64,000 bases of DNA from Chitinophagales bacterium (GCA_015487695.1 WFPF01000021.1:2658-66657), one strand, 5' to 3'; positions 18,142 through 28,862 are shown, numbered from the stretch's first letter. Numbers and translations: made by a program. The notes: generated by a model from the sequence alone, not told the origin.

Positions 18142-21100
18142 TTATCGTTTAATAGTAATTGTACCTCTGTGGATATTGTTGCCCTGGACATTGAGGGTTA
18201 ATATCCAATAATATGTACCATCCGGCAGACTTGATCCGTCCCAGGCATCCTGCCCGACATTGTCAGCTTCATATACCAGCTGACCATATCTGTTAAATAC
18301 TTTCAGATTATTATTCGGGAAGAATGACAACTCTTCGATAAACCAGGTGTCATTCACACCATCGCCATTCGGAGTGAAGAGGTTCGGAGGATTAATGGGC
18401 AGATTTACATCTACAACCACCGTAACCACATCACTATTTGTACATCCCCACTGATTCGTAGCTGTTACTTCGAATGTCGTAGTTTGAGTTAATCCTATAA
18501 CATCCGGATTCAAAGCTGACGGATCACTCAAACTTGTTGTCGGATCCCATGAATAGCTATAATCACCATCTGCGGTAGCATCGAGTACCGTGTTTTTGCT
18601 GAGATAAACAAACTTATCCGGACCGGCATCGATAACCGGCAGCGGATGTACATCTACAATCTGGAACGTAGAATCCGTACAACCTTTCTCATCCGTATAG
18701 ATATACTTGATATCATGTTTGCCAACACCTGCAGCTGCAGGGACAAAGGTTGAACCAAAAACACCATCACCGAGGAACACACCGCCCGTTGGATCACCCA
18801 TCAGTATTTGTATGCTGTCATCGTAACAGAAGTCCGTTGCCAGACCAACAATGGATACATCCGGCAATGGATTAACAGTTACCAGCATTGAATCCGAATC
18901 CGTACAATTGTTTTGATCAGTAACCGTCAATATATATCTAGTAGTACTCGTAGGTGAAGCAATTGGGTTTTCTACCTGTTCATCATTCAATGTTTCAAGC
19001 GGTGACCATGTATACTGATAGGGTCCAACTCCATTTGAAGCTGCCGGTACGGCACCAATCATAATGCTTTCACCGATACAAATTTCCTTATCAACTCCAG
19101 CATGAGCCCTTGGGTTTTCATTTACAAACACAGTCATTGCATCGCTTCCTTTACAGCCCTTGGCATCTGTAACAGTTACAGTAAAGTTCGTTTCTGAGTT
19201 GGGTCCGGCCAACGGATTAGGCAAGGTCTCATCGTTCAATCCGATATAAGGAGACCATGAATAATCATATGGTGCTTTTCCTCCGTCAGCGGTAGGCTGA
19301 CCACCGATCATTACAGTTTCGCCTTTACAAATTGTTTGATCGGCACCTGCATCTACAATTGGCAATGGGTTCACTATAACCTCAACCATATCTTCACCCA
19401 CACAACCTACACCATCCGTAACGGTCAGTGTGTATATGGTAGAAGAAGTAGGAGTCACAGTCGGGTTGGCCACATTAGGTGTAATCAATCCAACAGTCGG
19501 GCTCCATGAGTAGCTATAAGGAGGAATTCCATTTGTAGCCGGTGCCAGTCCACCAATTTTGGTGGCATCTCCTACACATATTTCATCATCTGCCCCGGCA
19601 TCAACAAAGACGGCCGGTCTTACAATCACATTAACAACATCCGTAGAAGTACATCCACTTGCATCCGTAACAGTTACCGAATAGGTTTTTGTAATCGGAT
19701 TTGCATTAGTGTTGTTATATGAGAAGGTCGGATTTGCAATAGCCGTACTATTCAGACCATCAGCCGGTGACCAACTATACGTATAAGGTGCGGTCCCACC
19801 GTTTCCGGTCGGAGCTCCACCCAATGCAATAGCCACATCGCTACAAACAGTCACATCATTACCGGCATCAGCAACTGGAGAAGGTTTAACACTTACGATC
19901 ACCTGATCCATATCTGTACAACCGTTCGCATCTGTAACCGTTAATGTATAAGATGTAGTCACTGACGGATTAGCAAGCGGACTTGCCAGAGTTGCATCAT
20001 CCAGGCTTGCAGCCGGACTCCAGGAGTAAGTATAAGGAGGTGTTCCACCACTTGCAGAAGGAGTACCACCGATATAAACCGGCTGGCCATCGCAACTCAC
20101 AACGTTATCCCCGGCATCTGCCGTAGGTGCTTCACGTACTTCCACGGTCACTGCATCACTGGCAGAACATCCGTTATTGTCAGTTACAGTAACTGTATAT
20201 GTAGTGGTAGCAGCAGGACTTGCCATAGGATTGGGATCTACGGAAGAGCTCAATCCTGATGCAGGTGTCCATGAATAATTATCTATAAAGCCATTGTTGC
20301 TTACTCCGGGTGTTCCGGTTGGGTTTCCACCGATTTGAACAGCTGAGCCTGCACATACGGTCATGTCAGCCCCGGCATCAACCGTTGGAATATCGTTAAC
20401 CGTAACGACTGTTGAATCTCTATTGTAACAACCTCTGGCATCAATCACATCGTAATAAACAGTATGGTCTCCCACACCTGCAGCCGCTCCGCTAAAGGTT
20501 CCGGCAGCAGGGTCTACAATTCCGTCTCCACTCCAGGTACCGAAAGGAGTAACGGCAGTCATCATGATTGTTTCATTCAAACAAACCGGACCTGCAGGAT
20601 TGATTGTAGCATCCGGGCGAGGATGTACATTCACTGTGAAAGTGTCGCATGCCGTACATCCGAAATCATTGGTATAGCAGTAAACGATTTGGTGTTCACC
20701 CACACCTGCCAGAGCAGGATCAAATAAGGTGTTTCCGGGTACTGCCGATCCACAAATCGGGTTGGCGTAATAAATATTACCACTCCAAACCCGTGGTTGG
20801 AATACCGCACCAAAAGGATAGGCATTACCCGTTCCTTCCAGGAACTGAATGGCATCATCCTCTGCGAATACATTTCCGACAGCAGAACCATTAAAGTAGT
20901 TCATACCTGTACCATTGGTAACCGTCACATAAAATGCCTGTGTGGCACCCGGATCAATGGTTACCGACATATTTTGCAATCCAAGAGGTGTCGGATTATC
21001 AAGACCGGCACCGGCAACTGTAGTAGTAGCAACCAGTGTCCATGCGCTTGCATTCGTTTCCGAACCTACATGGGAACCGGCTTTTGTATAAACCTCTACG

Positions 21101-23070
21101 TTCCATGTACCACCGTCAACGTTAATATCAAAATCAACTATGGCAATTTTCTTTTTGGCAACAATATCAAACATGTTACCTGACTGACCATTGTTGGTGC
21201 TAAATGTCGTCTCAAGGAATCCTCCGCTGCCACCAATCTGGTCTAAGCATCTGGTAGAATCAATTACAACCACTCCGGGGCCTGAAATGGCACCTCCGGC
21301 AGGTTGAATATCAATTGTATCCGGATCGTCATAAATACAGTAATCTGTCTGAAGACCGGCAATACCCGCTTGCGGTGCAGGATTTACTCTTACCGTAACC
21401 GTTGAAGACTGTACGCATCCGGCAGTATCCGAAGCGGTAACTGTGAAAACAAACTCACCGGTATCACTCGGGGTGAAAATAGGATTAGCTGATGTTGGAT
21501 CGTCCAGATCTGCAGCCGGAGCCCACGAATAGCTAATCGGACCGCTTGCACCTGAAGCTGTCGGATTGCCTCCCAACATGTACGACTGATCGCTGCAAAT
21601 GGTAGAGTCTTTGCCAGGATTCAATCTCATACATCCAAACTGGCCACGCAGCGAATAAGCAATTCTGAAGTTTGCAAACTCTACCGGAGTCCAGGCACCA
21701 CCGGCATTGAACAATATTCTTCTCTTAAAGAAAAGCGTATTACTAAAGGCAAGCGAAATATTGTTGTTGCCAACCTGCGCCAACGAAATGGCATAGGTAT
21801 CAGGCTGAAGGATGATTCCACCTTCTGCAATTGGAATATCATACCATATGGCTGCACTTCCCTGCACCTTATATATTGGTGATTCATAAACCAGCGAATC
21901 CGGTACATTATTTACGCATTTGTACACTTTCACCTGGAAAGGATCTCCAACAGTCGGGTAAGCTTGTGTGGCTGTATTTCCGAGTTGGAATTGAATATTG
22001 GTAAGTATGGTCTCATAGCGATTATGGAAAACCTGTGCCAGTTCTCCAGCCGCACCGTTAAATCCAATGCCATTTACGTAGTTGCTGTCATCACGCGCAT
22101 AAATATCATTTGAGAAACCTTGTCTCCAGGGAACTACCGAGTTGTTGCCCAACCAGGCATCGGGTTCGTTCATGGTAATGCTATGCTGAATAATCCATGT
22201 ACCGGGAAAGAAAGGAATAAAACCACCGCCCGGCCATTGAAATTCAAAAGTCTCTCCCGGATTCAAATTAACGGGATCAGAACTTTCATTCACCGAGGTA
22301 CCCGAATTGAGTTCGGTTATGGTTGTGGTAATCACAACTCCGGTCAATGGGTCTGTACCGTAGTTTTCACCAATAGCTTTTACGTTATGAGGAGTTTGCG
22401 CATAAGGGATTAGAGTATACTCCACGGTATCATACCCTCTCAACACTCTGGCATCATATTGAAAAGGAATTTCGCCTCTCACAAGTATATTGTCGACAGA
22501 AACACCGTCTGACCATCCGTTGTCTTCATATTCAAAACGAAGACGCATATCCGGATTGACGTAGGGCATCAGGTCGAGTGTGCGGGTAAAAAAGCCAAAG
22601 TTGCTGGCACTTGGCTTGTCATCATCCTCATCATATATCTCCATCCATTTGTATCCGTTCCAAACATAAATGCGGAAATGCGCATCAATGGGCGGTACAT
22701 TACCACCACTGTTTTGCGTTTCCGTCATGTTGTAATCAAATACAAGCTGCACATTGTTCAAACCTGTTGCATCAAAATTGGAAGTAGTGACATACGCCCA
22801 GTTTGGAGGGTTTGGTGCTGCAAAGAAATCATCGAACACCATGGCACAAGTACCATTCAGGCTTCCGCCTGCTTGCCCGTTTTTGTTGTACACCCAACCG
22901 ATTGGGCCTTCCACAATTGTATCAGTCCATCCTGTCGGTGCACTAGCGCTACAATTGTTAAAGTCCTCAAACAACAAGGTGTCAATTACCGGCTGCGCAT
23001 ATGCGGCAGACGAAGTAAGGACCAATGTAAGTGCCAGAATTGAAAGGCTTTTGTAAAATATCTCCCTCAT
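18142..23070 (-). CDS. Large T9SS type-B CTD (CHU_C/gliding-motility-associated C-terminal) surface protein, 1642 aa
   Basis: Signal peptide; C-terminal PN.FTPNGDG.ND.W...VFNRYG..V...WDG..LP.GTY.W...G.ITI.R; about 11 Ig-like repeats. Confidence 0.92.
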   Translation of the reverse strand: MREIFYKSLSILALTLVLTSSAAYAQPVIDTLLFEDFNNCSASAPTGWTDTIVEGPIGWVYNKNGQAGGSLNGTCAMVFDDFFAAPNPPNWAYVTTSNFDATGLNNVQLVFDYNMTETQNSGGNVPPIDAHFRIYVWNGYKWMEIYDEDDDKPSASNFGFFTRTLDLMPYVNPDMRLRFEYEDNGWSDGVSVDNILVRGEIPFQYDARVLRGYDTVEYTLIPYAQTPHNVKAIGENYGTDPLTGVVITTTITELNSGTSVNESSDPVNLNPGETFEFQWPGGGFIPFFPGTWIIQHSITMNEPDAWLGNNSVVPWRQGFSNDIYARDDSNYVNGIGFNGAAGELAQVFHNRYETILTNIQFQLGNTATQAYPTVGDPFQVKVYKCVNNVPDSLVYESPIYKVQGSAAIWYDIPIAEGGIILQPDTYAISLAQVGNNNISLAFSNTLFFKRRILFNAGGAWTPVEFANFRIAYSLRGQFGCMRLNPGKDSTICSDQSYMLGGNPTASGASGPISYSWAPAADLDDPTSANPIFTPSDTGEFVFTVTASDTAGCVQSSTVTVRVNPAPQAGIAGLQTDYCIYDDPDTIDIQPAGGAISGPGVVVIDSTRCLDQIGGSGGFLETTFSTNNGQSGNMFDIVAKKKIAIVDFDINVDGGTWNVEVYTKAGSHVGSETNASAWTLVATTTVAGAGLDNPTPLGLQNMSVTIDPGATQAFYVTVTNGTGMNYFNGSAVGNVFAEDDAIQFLEGTGNAYPFGAVFQPRVWSGNIYYANPICGSAVPGNTLFDPALAGVGEHQIVYCYTNDFGCTACDTFTVNVHPRPDATINPAGPVCLNETIMMTAVTPFGTWSGDGIVDPAAGTFSGAAAGVGDHTVYYDVIDARGCYNRDSTVVTVNDIPTVDAGADMTVCAGSAVQIGGNPTGTPGVSNNGFIDNYSWTPASGLSSSVDPNPMASPAATTTYTVTVTDNNGCSASDAVTVEVREAPTADAGDNVVSCDGQPVYIGGTPSASGGTPPYTYSWSPAASLDDATLASPLANPSVTTSYTLTVTDANGCTDMDQVIVSVKPSPVADAGNDVTVCSDVAIALGGAPTGNGGTAPYTYSWSPADGLNSTAIANPTFSYNNTNANPITKTYSVTVTDASGCTSTDVVNVIVRPAVFVDAGADDEICVGDATKIGGLAPATNGIPPYSYSWSPTVGLITPNVANPTVTPTSSTIYTLTVTDGVGCVGEDMVEVIVNPLPIVDAGADQTICKGETVMIGGQPTADGGKAPYDYSWSPYIGLNDETLPNPLAGPNSETNFTVTVTDAKGCKGSDAMTVFVNENPRAHAGVDKEICIGESIMIGAVPAASNGVGPYQYTWSPLETLNDEQVENPIASPTSTTRYILTVTDQNNCTDSDSMLVTVNPLPDVSIVGLATDFCYDDSIQILMGDPTGGVFLGDGVFGSTFVPAAAGVGKHDIKYIYTDEKGCTDSTFQIVDVHPLPVIDAGPDKFVYLSKNTVLDATADGDYSYSWDPTTSLSDPSALNPDVIGLTQTTTFEVTATNQWGCTNSDVVTVVVDVNLPINPPNLFTPNGDGVNDTWFIEELSFFPNNNLKVFNRYGQLVYEADNVGQDAWDGSSLPDGTYYWILTLNVQGNNIHRGTITIKR
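18410..21630 (-). repeat. About 11 tandem ~80-90 aa Ig/PKD-like protein repeats
   Basis: Recurring P.ADAG.D..IC.G....IGG.P....G..PY.YSWSP..GL....NP.A.P..TT.YT.TVTD..GC units, plus three units of a second class (G...G.G.....F....AGVG.H...Y). Confidence 0.85.
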
Positions 23071-23135
23071 GTCGCTATTTTTTGTGAGATTTTAGGTTTA
23101 GTCGTTTAATTATATCTACTGTTGAATACTTGATC

Positions 23136-23522
23136 TTACTGACCCTGAAGCAGGGCTTTATATATCGTCAGTTTGTTTTCTACAGCTGTTCTCATCTCCT
23201 GGGAAAGGTTGGGATCGAGAAGCATCTTTTCAAAATTGTCAATAGTGGCCTGCAGGTCACTTTTCTGGGCCGCATTCAAAGCCGTAGTAGTAGAGCCATT
23301 ATTTGTGTTCTGACCACCGTTATTGGTGCTGACAGCAGCTCCCAATTCCAATACGGGTGAAATATTTTGATCAATACCCGCTTGTTTGGCGGCTTGCACG
23401 TCTGCCGGATCTTGTGTGTTTCCACCATTGGGGTTAGCTGATTGTGCCTGTACGGAAAGGGATGCAAACAGCACAAATACAATGAATAATGCCGTTCTTC
23501 TGAGTAATTTTCTAATGATCAT
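23136..23522 (-). CDS. Small secreted hypothetical protein
   Basis: Signal peptide ending SVQA-Q, N/G/T-rich linker, amphipathic C-terminal helices; 65 nt upstream of the T9SS cargo gene. Confidence 0.7.
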   Translation of the reverse strand: MIIRKLLRRTALFIVFVLFASLSVQAQSANPNGGNTQDPADVQAAKQAGIDQNISPVLELGAAVSTNNGGQNTNNGSTTTALNAAQKSDLQATIDNFEKMLLDPNLSQEMRTAVENKLTIYKALLQGQ

Positions 23523-24049
23523 ATATTCGCCTTTTAGGTAATGATTTTATGAATTGCTACAATAATTTTTCCACATTTCGGGTGTTAAATATATCAAAAA
23601 TTTCATGCGTAGAAGGCGTTTCACAATAAAAATTTATTCATGAACCCTTGCTACACATCAAAGTTTTTGAGAACCTCACACCTTATCAATTTTAATTTAA
23701 GGCCGGATCGGTTCAACACTCCAAAATACGCAATCATCAAAGTACAATCAGAGCCAAAATTAAAAAAATGAAAATATATTCTGAACCATTGTTCTAAATT
23801 TAATTCCACCTCCCTGCTTTATTAACCACTTTATAAGACACTTTGCTTTATTTCCGCCTTTCTTTTCCTTTCTTAAAGCGCTTCAATCCCTTTGTTTACG
23901 GGCATTCTTTAGCTGCAGGCATTCCCTTTCGTTAATGAATTTATATATAAAAATTTATTTTTAAAAACTTCCCGCAACACACCGGACCATGAGTTGCATT
24001 TTTTGATTTTTTACTTTTTCATAATGTTTAGTTTTGCGATTCAAATATC

Positions 24050-25150
24050 ATGCATCAAATGAAACGCACACCTTTCTACAATAAACACCTCGCACTGGGC
24101 GCCCGGATGGCTCCTTTTGCCGGATATGAAATGCCCATTTCCTATTCAGGAATTAATGATGAACACCTTACCGTAAGGTCCGCAGTCGGGGTATTTGATG
24201 TTTCACATATGGGCGAATTCAGGATAAGTGGCAAAGAAGCGGAGCGCCTGGTACAGAAAGTGACATCCAACGATATCTCCAAACTGACCCCGGGCCGCGC
24301 ACAGTACAATTGCATGCCCAATGAAAATGCGGGTATAGTCGATGATCTGATTGTCTATAAAATTGCGGACGAGGACTACCTGCTGGTAGTAAATGCCTCC
24401 AATATCGAAAAAGACTGGAACTGGATTATTGCTCACAATGACTTCGATGCCCAAATGCAAAATTTATCGGATGACTACGCTCTTCTTGCGGTTCAGGGGC
24501 CTAAAGCAACAGAGACCTTGCAAAAGCTAAGCGACATCAACCTATCGGATATTCCGTTTTATCACTTTGCCAAAGGGCGGCTTGCGGGCATCGATGATGT
24601 CCTGATCTCGGCCACCGGTTATACCGGCTCCGGGGGCTTTGAGCTGTACTTTGCCCCTTCTGCCGCAGAAGAAATCTGGGATTCCATCATGAAGGCAGGT
24701 GAAGATTTTGGCATCAAGCCCATCGGCCTGGGGGCACGTGACACGCTGCGACTCGAAGCGGGTTACTGTCTTTATGGCAATGACATTGATGATCACACCA
24801 ATCCCCTTGAAGCCGGACTGGGCTGGATTACCAAGTTTGTGGAGGGCAATGACTTTGTTGCCCGCAAACAACTGGAAGAGATCAAGAAAGAAGGTATCAA
24901 GCGAAAACTTGTGGGCTTTAAAATGAAGGCCAAAGGTATTCCAAGACACGGCTATGCCATTGTTGACTCTGAGGGCAACGACATCGGACATGTGACATCA
25001 GGCACCATGTCGCCCATGCTGAAAGAAGGCATCGGAATGGGTTATGTACAAAAAGCCTTTGCCACTCCGGGAACAGAAATTTACATTCGGGTAAGAAACA
25101 AAGACCTGGCAGCAGAAGTAAGCCGGCCTCCTTTTGTGCCGCTAAAATAA
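24050..25150 (+). CDS. gcvT: Glycine cleavage system aminomethyltransferase T
   Basis: [47 protein letters not shown]. Confidence 0.97.
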   Translation: MHQMKRTPFYNKHLALGARMAPFAGYEMPISYSGINDEHLTVRSAVGVFDVSHMGEFRISGKEAERLVQKVTSNDISKLTPGRAQYNCMPNENAGIVDDLIVYKIADEDYLLVVNASNIEKDWNWIIAHNDFDAQMQNLSDDYALLAVQGPKATETLQKLSDINLSDIPFYHFAKGRLAGIDDVLISATGYTGSGGFELYFAPSAAEEIWDSIMKAGEDFGIKPIGLGARDTLRLEAGYCLYGNDIDDHTNPLEAGLGWITKFVEGNDFVARKQLEEIKKEGIKRKLVGFKMKAKGIPRHGYAIVDSEGNDIGHVTSGTMSPMLKEGIGMGYVQKAFATPGTEIYIRVRNKDLAAEVSRPPFVPLK

Positions 25151-25161
25151 GCGGATGGCCG

Positions 25162-25716
25162 TCAGGGCCAGATAAAAAACCCTGCTGAAATCAGGAAGAG
25201 CTGCATATGCCGGCTGTCCAAGGAATTCAGTTCTTTCCCGAATTTGTCAAAATAACCCAGCCACGACATGCTGATCGTAAGTCCGTAAGTGTCCTCCGGC
25301 TTCCAGATGAAGACGCCACCCAGTTTCAGCAGAAAAGCCTGGCTCTTCAAATCGCCCCGGTTGTAGTTCATGGTTCCATAGCCGGTACCTGCGAAAGGCT
25401 CAAGACGTGCTTTTTCCGATTTTTTCCCGGCATATGAAATCTGAATATTGTATCCCCGGTATGCCGCCTCCGCGATTCCGGCAAAGTTGGCCGAATAGGG
25501 CCTGAAATTCAGTACATCCAGATTGGCTCCGATAACAATACCATCGGAGCGCTGATAGGAAAATCCCATCTGATAGCCCAGCCTGCTTTCAAATTCGTAG
25601 CGAAAAAAATCATCGTATCGCGGCACTCCGTAGAGTGCTCCGACTGCAAGCCTTGGCTGTGACACAAGAGAAAGAAAACTTCCCGTACAAAAGAGCAGTA
25701 GAATCATTCTTTTCAC
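25162..25716 (-). CDS. Putative small outer membrane beta-barrel protein
   Basis: Signal peptide, alternating hydrophobic strands, PFAGTGYG, aromatic C-terminus; GTG start. Confidence 0.6.
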   Translation of the reverse strand: MKRMILLLFCTGSFLSLVSQPRLAVGALYGVPRYDDFFRYEFESRLGYQMGFSYQRSDGIVIGANLDVLNFRPYSANFAGIAEAAYRGYNIQISYAGKKSEKARLEPFAGTGYGTMNYNRGDLKSQAFLLKLGGVFIWKPEDTYGLTISMSWLGYFDKFGKELNSLDSRHMQLFLISAGFFIWP

Positions 25717-25742
25717 CTGACCAAAGATAAAGGCCCTGATTT

Positions 25743-27512
25743 CTAGTTCATCAAGGGCAGTGTCATTATTTCCGTTAAGCGGTATACCGGATAGCGCTGA
25801 TGACTCTTTTCGTAGTAGGGCGAATGCGTATAAATAAACTGCAACTGTTTCCGCTTGCTCCGGGCAAACTCTTCATCCTGCGCTTTTTTCTCTTCAAAAC
25901 GCAAGCGCAACACTTCATCCTTTCTGAGAATTTCTTCGGCACTGATATCAAATACATAATCGCTGAAATATTCTTTCTGCATCAGTATTTCATCGAAAAA
26001 ATTCCAGCGAAACCAGGAATCCACGGCCCGGGGTTCGAGCATCTCCACAATATAGCGGTTGCTCTCCTGGTCGGGAAAGACCACATAGTCGCCCATATAA
26101 ACCGGTATTTCCTGCACTTCTTCTTCTACCCTCAGGTCGGTGTGGGCATAATGCCCCTCCCATGGAAAGTCAAGCGTTTTTACATCCCTGATATAATAGC
26201 AGTGCAGAGAGAGTACCGTATCCTTGTCCATTCGGTAAAGCTTCACTCCGTTCATTTTTAAGCGTTCCACGGGCTCGCGCCAGGCTTGCGGAATTATATA
26301 GGCTACGGGTTTGCGTACAGAATCTGTGGCACGGTAGCTGTCATAATAGCGAACAGGCCGGGTAAAGGGTTTGCTTTGATCATAATAGAGCTGCATCAGG
26401 CCGGTCACACGGCTCTTTCTGTAGCTCGCTTCGTATCCTTTGAAATCAATCATCCGGTAGTGCAGTGTATCCGGTTCCCAGTTCAGGTCAAACTGTTCCT
26501 GCCGGCTGACTTCCCGGTCGGCTTCTTTTTTCCGGGCGATAATTTCCTCCGCATCTTTGTTTGCCTCTTCGGTAATGGCCCGGATCAGTGCATACGTTCC
26601 CCGCACTCTCTCCTCAAAACTTTTCAGCATGTGGGCTTCGGAAACAAAGCCGATGGTATTGAACAGTGCCGTGTATCCCGTAGAATAACGGGGTGTTTCG
26701 ATAAATGCCCGTATTCCGCTCTCAGGTGTGCGCTTCACGGAAAAAACGTAGGGTGTCATCTCAAAACCTTTCTCCTTCATCGATTTGTAAAGGGCAGGCT
26801 CCAGGTCATTGCTCAGATATTCAGCCAATACAGGATGAAGCTTGTCTTTCTGTGTGGAGATGAGAGTCATCACATACTGATAGTCGGCTCCGTCAGATGT
26901 GTGTGTATCCAGGAAGAGCTCCGGCTTCCAGCTTTGATACATACGAATGAAGGCATGGGTATTCAGGGCTTCGGCTTTCGCAAAATCACGATTCAGATCC
27001 AGATTGCGCGCATTGCCTCTGAATCCCTGTTGCACCGGCCCCTGCTGATTGGCTCTTGTGCAGCAGCTTCGGTTCAGCGAGCCGCCCACATTGTAAATCG
27101 GAATAATGCAAAACACCACGTTCTCCAGCAAATCATCGTCCAGACGGCCTGTCACCAGATCCCTGACCAGCATCATCGAGGCGTCCACACCGCATGACTC
27201 GCCCGGGTGAATGGCATTCATGATCATAAACACCAGTTTCCCGTTCTTCCTGGCTTCTGCCGGACTGAAGTATCCGTCTTTCGAAAGTACGACCAGTCTG
27301 ATGGGCTTGCCGATATCCGCCTCGCCATATTGCAGCACTTTGATCTTTCCCGGATAGACTTCGGACAGCCTTCTGTAAAAGTCGTTGCTTTGCCGGTAGC
27401 TTGCCGATTCTTTCCTGCCGCTTTCTTCAAATGGAGTCAGCCAGCCGCTCTGGGCCGGAAGCAAATAGGAAATAAAGAAAAAGAAGAGAGCCGCTACAAG
27501 TCTATGCTTCAT
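25743..27512 (-). CDS. M14-family zinc carboxypeptidase
   Basis: IHPGE (HxxE), DLNRDF, LDTHTSDG; signal peptide. Confidence 0.9.
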   Translation of the reverse strand: MKHRLVAALFFFFISYLLPAQSGWLTPFEESGRKESASYRQSNDFYRRLSEVYPGKIKVLQYGEADIGKPIRLVVLSKDGYFSPAEARKNGKLVFMIMNAIHPGESCGVDASMMLVRDLVTGRLDDDLLENVVFCIIPIYNVGGSLNRSCCTRANQQGPVQQGFRGNARNLDLNRDFAKAEALNTHAFIRMYQSWKPELFLDTHTSDGADYQYVMTLISTQKDKLHPVLAEYLSNDLEPALYKSMKEKGFEMTPYVFSVKRTPESGIRAFIETPRYSTGYTALFNTIGFVSEAHMLKSFEERVRGTYALIRAITEEANKDAEEIIARKKEADREVSRQEQFDLNWEPDTLHYRMIDFKGYEASYRKSRVTGLMQLYYDQSKPFTRPVRYYDSYRATDSVRKPVAYIIPQAWREPVERLKMNGVKLYRMDKDTVLSLHCYYIRDVKTLDFPWEGHYAHTDLRVEEEVQEIPVYMGDYVVFPDQESNRYIVEMLEPRAVDSWFRWNFFDEILMQKEYFSDYVFDISAEEILRKDEVLRLRFEEKKAQDEEFARSKRKQLQFIYTHSPYYEKSHQRYPVYRLTEIMTLPLMN

Positions 27513-27838
27513 GAATTCAGTTTTTTATTGCTTTTATGCCGGGTTCCGTCCCGCGTTGTCTTTTTCAGCAGATTTTTTTCGATGGCTTCGCTGAGGTTCA
27601 CCCCGGTCTGATTGGCAAGGCATATTAAGACAAACAATACATCGGCCAGTTCATCAGCCAGCTCCGCTTCTTCTTCGCTTTCTTTAAATGACTGCTCCCC
27701 ATATTTGCGCGCAATGATCCGGGCCACCTCGCCCACCTCTTCGCTGAGTATGGCCATGTTCGTGAGTTCATCAAAATATCGAACCCCGTGGGCTTTGATC
27801 CAGTCATCTACCTTTTTTTGTAATTCCTCAACGGTCAT
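27509..27838 (-). CDS. MazG-like nucleotide pyrophosphohydrolase (YpjD-like)
   Basis: L.EEVGEVAR, DELADVLFVLICLANQ; start at MTVEELQ. Confidence 0.92.
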   Translation of the reverse strand: MTVEELQKKVDDWIKAHGVRYFDELTNMAILSEEVGEVARIIARKYGEQSFKESEEEAELADELADVLFVLICLANQTGVNLSEAIEKNLLKKTTRDGTRHKSNKKLNS

Positions 27839-28409
27839 TTTCGAGCCTTTTTTCAATCCTGATCAATTTTTTCTGCAAAAGCGTATCAACGGGATTGTCT
27901 ATTGTTTGCTTTAATATTTCCCTGTATTCTTCGTGGTCGCGGTATTTGTTGAATGAATGGAAAAGCAGATCGAAGGGGGTCAGTTGCAGAATGAGGAAAA
28001 TGACCGGATACACCAGGAGTCGTGCGTACAAGGGAGACAATTGCCTTCGGATCGAACGGTCATTCTTTTTGATCATCACGCGGTAGAGCAGAAGGATCAT
28101 CATCACAGCGGTTCCAAAAGAAAAACCCAGCATGAGCAGATTCCCGCCATTGGGCCAGAAACGAAAGGTGTAAATCACACCTACCAGTCCGACAGATATG
28201 ATCCAAAGACCAAAGAAATAAAGCATGCGCATGCTTCGAGTAACCTGCTTGTTGAACAAAACCAGCGTTCCGGAAAGAAGATAATAGAGCGCCAGAGCCG
28301 AGCACGAGAGCACCAGCAGGCGTTCGGCCATTTCGACCTGAAAATACTGAAGCCCGATGCTGAGCAGGGCAAAAACAATTAAACCGGGTTCCATCCAGTT
28401 TTTTTTCAT
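27828..28409 (-). CDS. Hypothetical membrane protein (about 5 TM)
   Basis: Hydrophobic ORF overlapping both neighbours (dtd and the MazG-like gene). Confidence 0.7.
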   Translation of the reverse strand: MKKNWMEPGLIVFALLSIGLQYFQVEMAERLLVLSCSALALYYLLSGTLVLFNKQVTRSMRMLYFFGLWIISVGLVGVIYTFRFWPNGGNLLMLGFSFGTAVMMILLLYRVMIKKNDRSIRRQLSPLYARLLVYPVIFLILQLTPFDLLFHSFNKYRDHEEYREILKQTIDNPVDTLLQKKLIRIEKRLENDR

Positions 28410-28861
28410 TCCTTATTTTTTGTGTCAATTACAATCGTCACCGGCCCGTCATTGAGCAGTTCTATTTGCATATACGCGCCAAATTTTCCGCTTTCTATCT
28501 CCCTGCCCAGTTCTTCCGACAGCGCCCTGATCATACTTTCATAAAGGGGCTCGGCCCTGCCGGGCGAAGCCGCCCGGATGAAGGAGGGCCTGTTTCCTTT
28601 TTTGGTGGAGGCATGCAGCGTAAATTGACTTACCAGCAATATATTGCCTGCTTCCAGGTCTTTTACCGATACATTCATAATTCCCTTTTCATCCGCAAAA
28701 ATTCTGAGTGCCGCGGCTTTGCGGGCAAGCCACTTTACATCTTCCTGCTCATCGGCCTCTTCAATGCCCAGCAACATGAGCAATCCGGGTCCTATTTCAC
28801 CAAGTGTCTTTCCCTCGCTGCTCACACGTGCAAAACGCACCCTTTGAATGACCGCTCTCAT
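28406..28861 (-). CDS. dtd: D-aminoacyl-tRNA deacylase
   Basis: MRAVIQRV, SQFTL, GNRPSF, NDGPVT (Gly-cisPro). Confidence 0.97.
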   Translation of the reverse strand: MRAVIQRVRFARVSSEGKTLGEIGPGLLMLLGIEEADEQEDVKWLARKAAALRIFADEKGIMNVSVKDLEAGNILLVSQFTLHASTKKGNRPSFIRAASPGRAEPLYESMIRALSEELGREIESGKFGAYMQIELLNDGPVTIVIDTKNKE

Positions 28862-28862
28862 T

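Noticed and set aside
20737-21270. Insert in the T9SS protein considered as an intein
   Set aside because: No C-terminal His-Asn followed by C/S/T and no Hint or LAGLIDADG blocks
23523-24049. Long AT-rich intergenic region checked for a glycine riboswitch, sRNA, CRISPR array or att site
   Set aside because: No GGAGA/CCGAAG glycine aptamer core, no regularly spaced repeats and no strong hairpins; best read as divergent promoters
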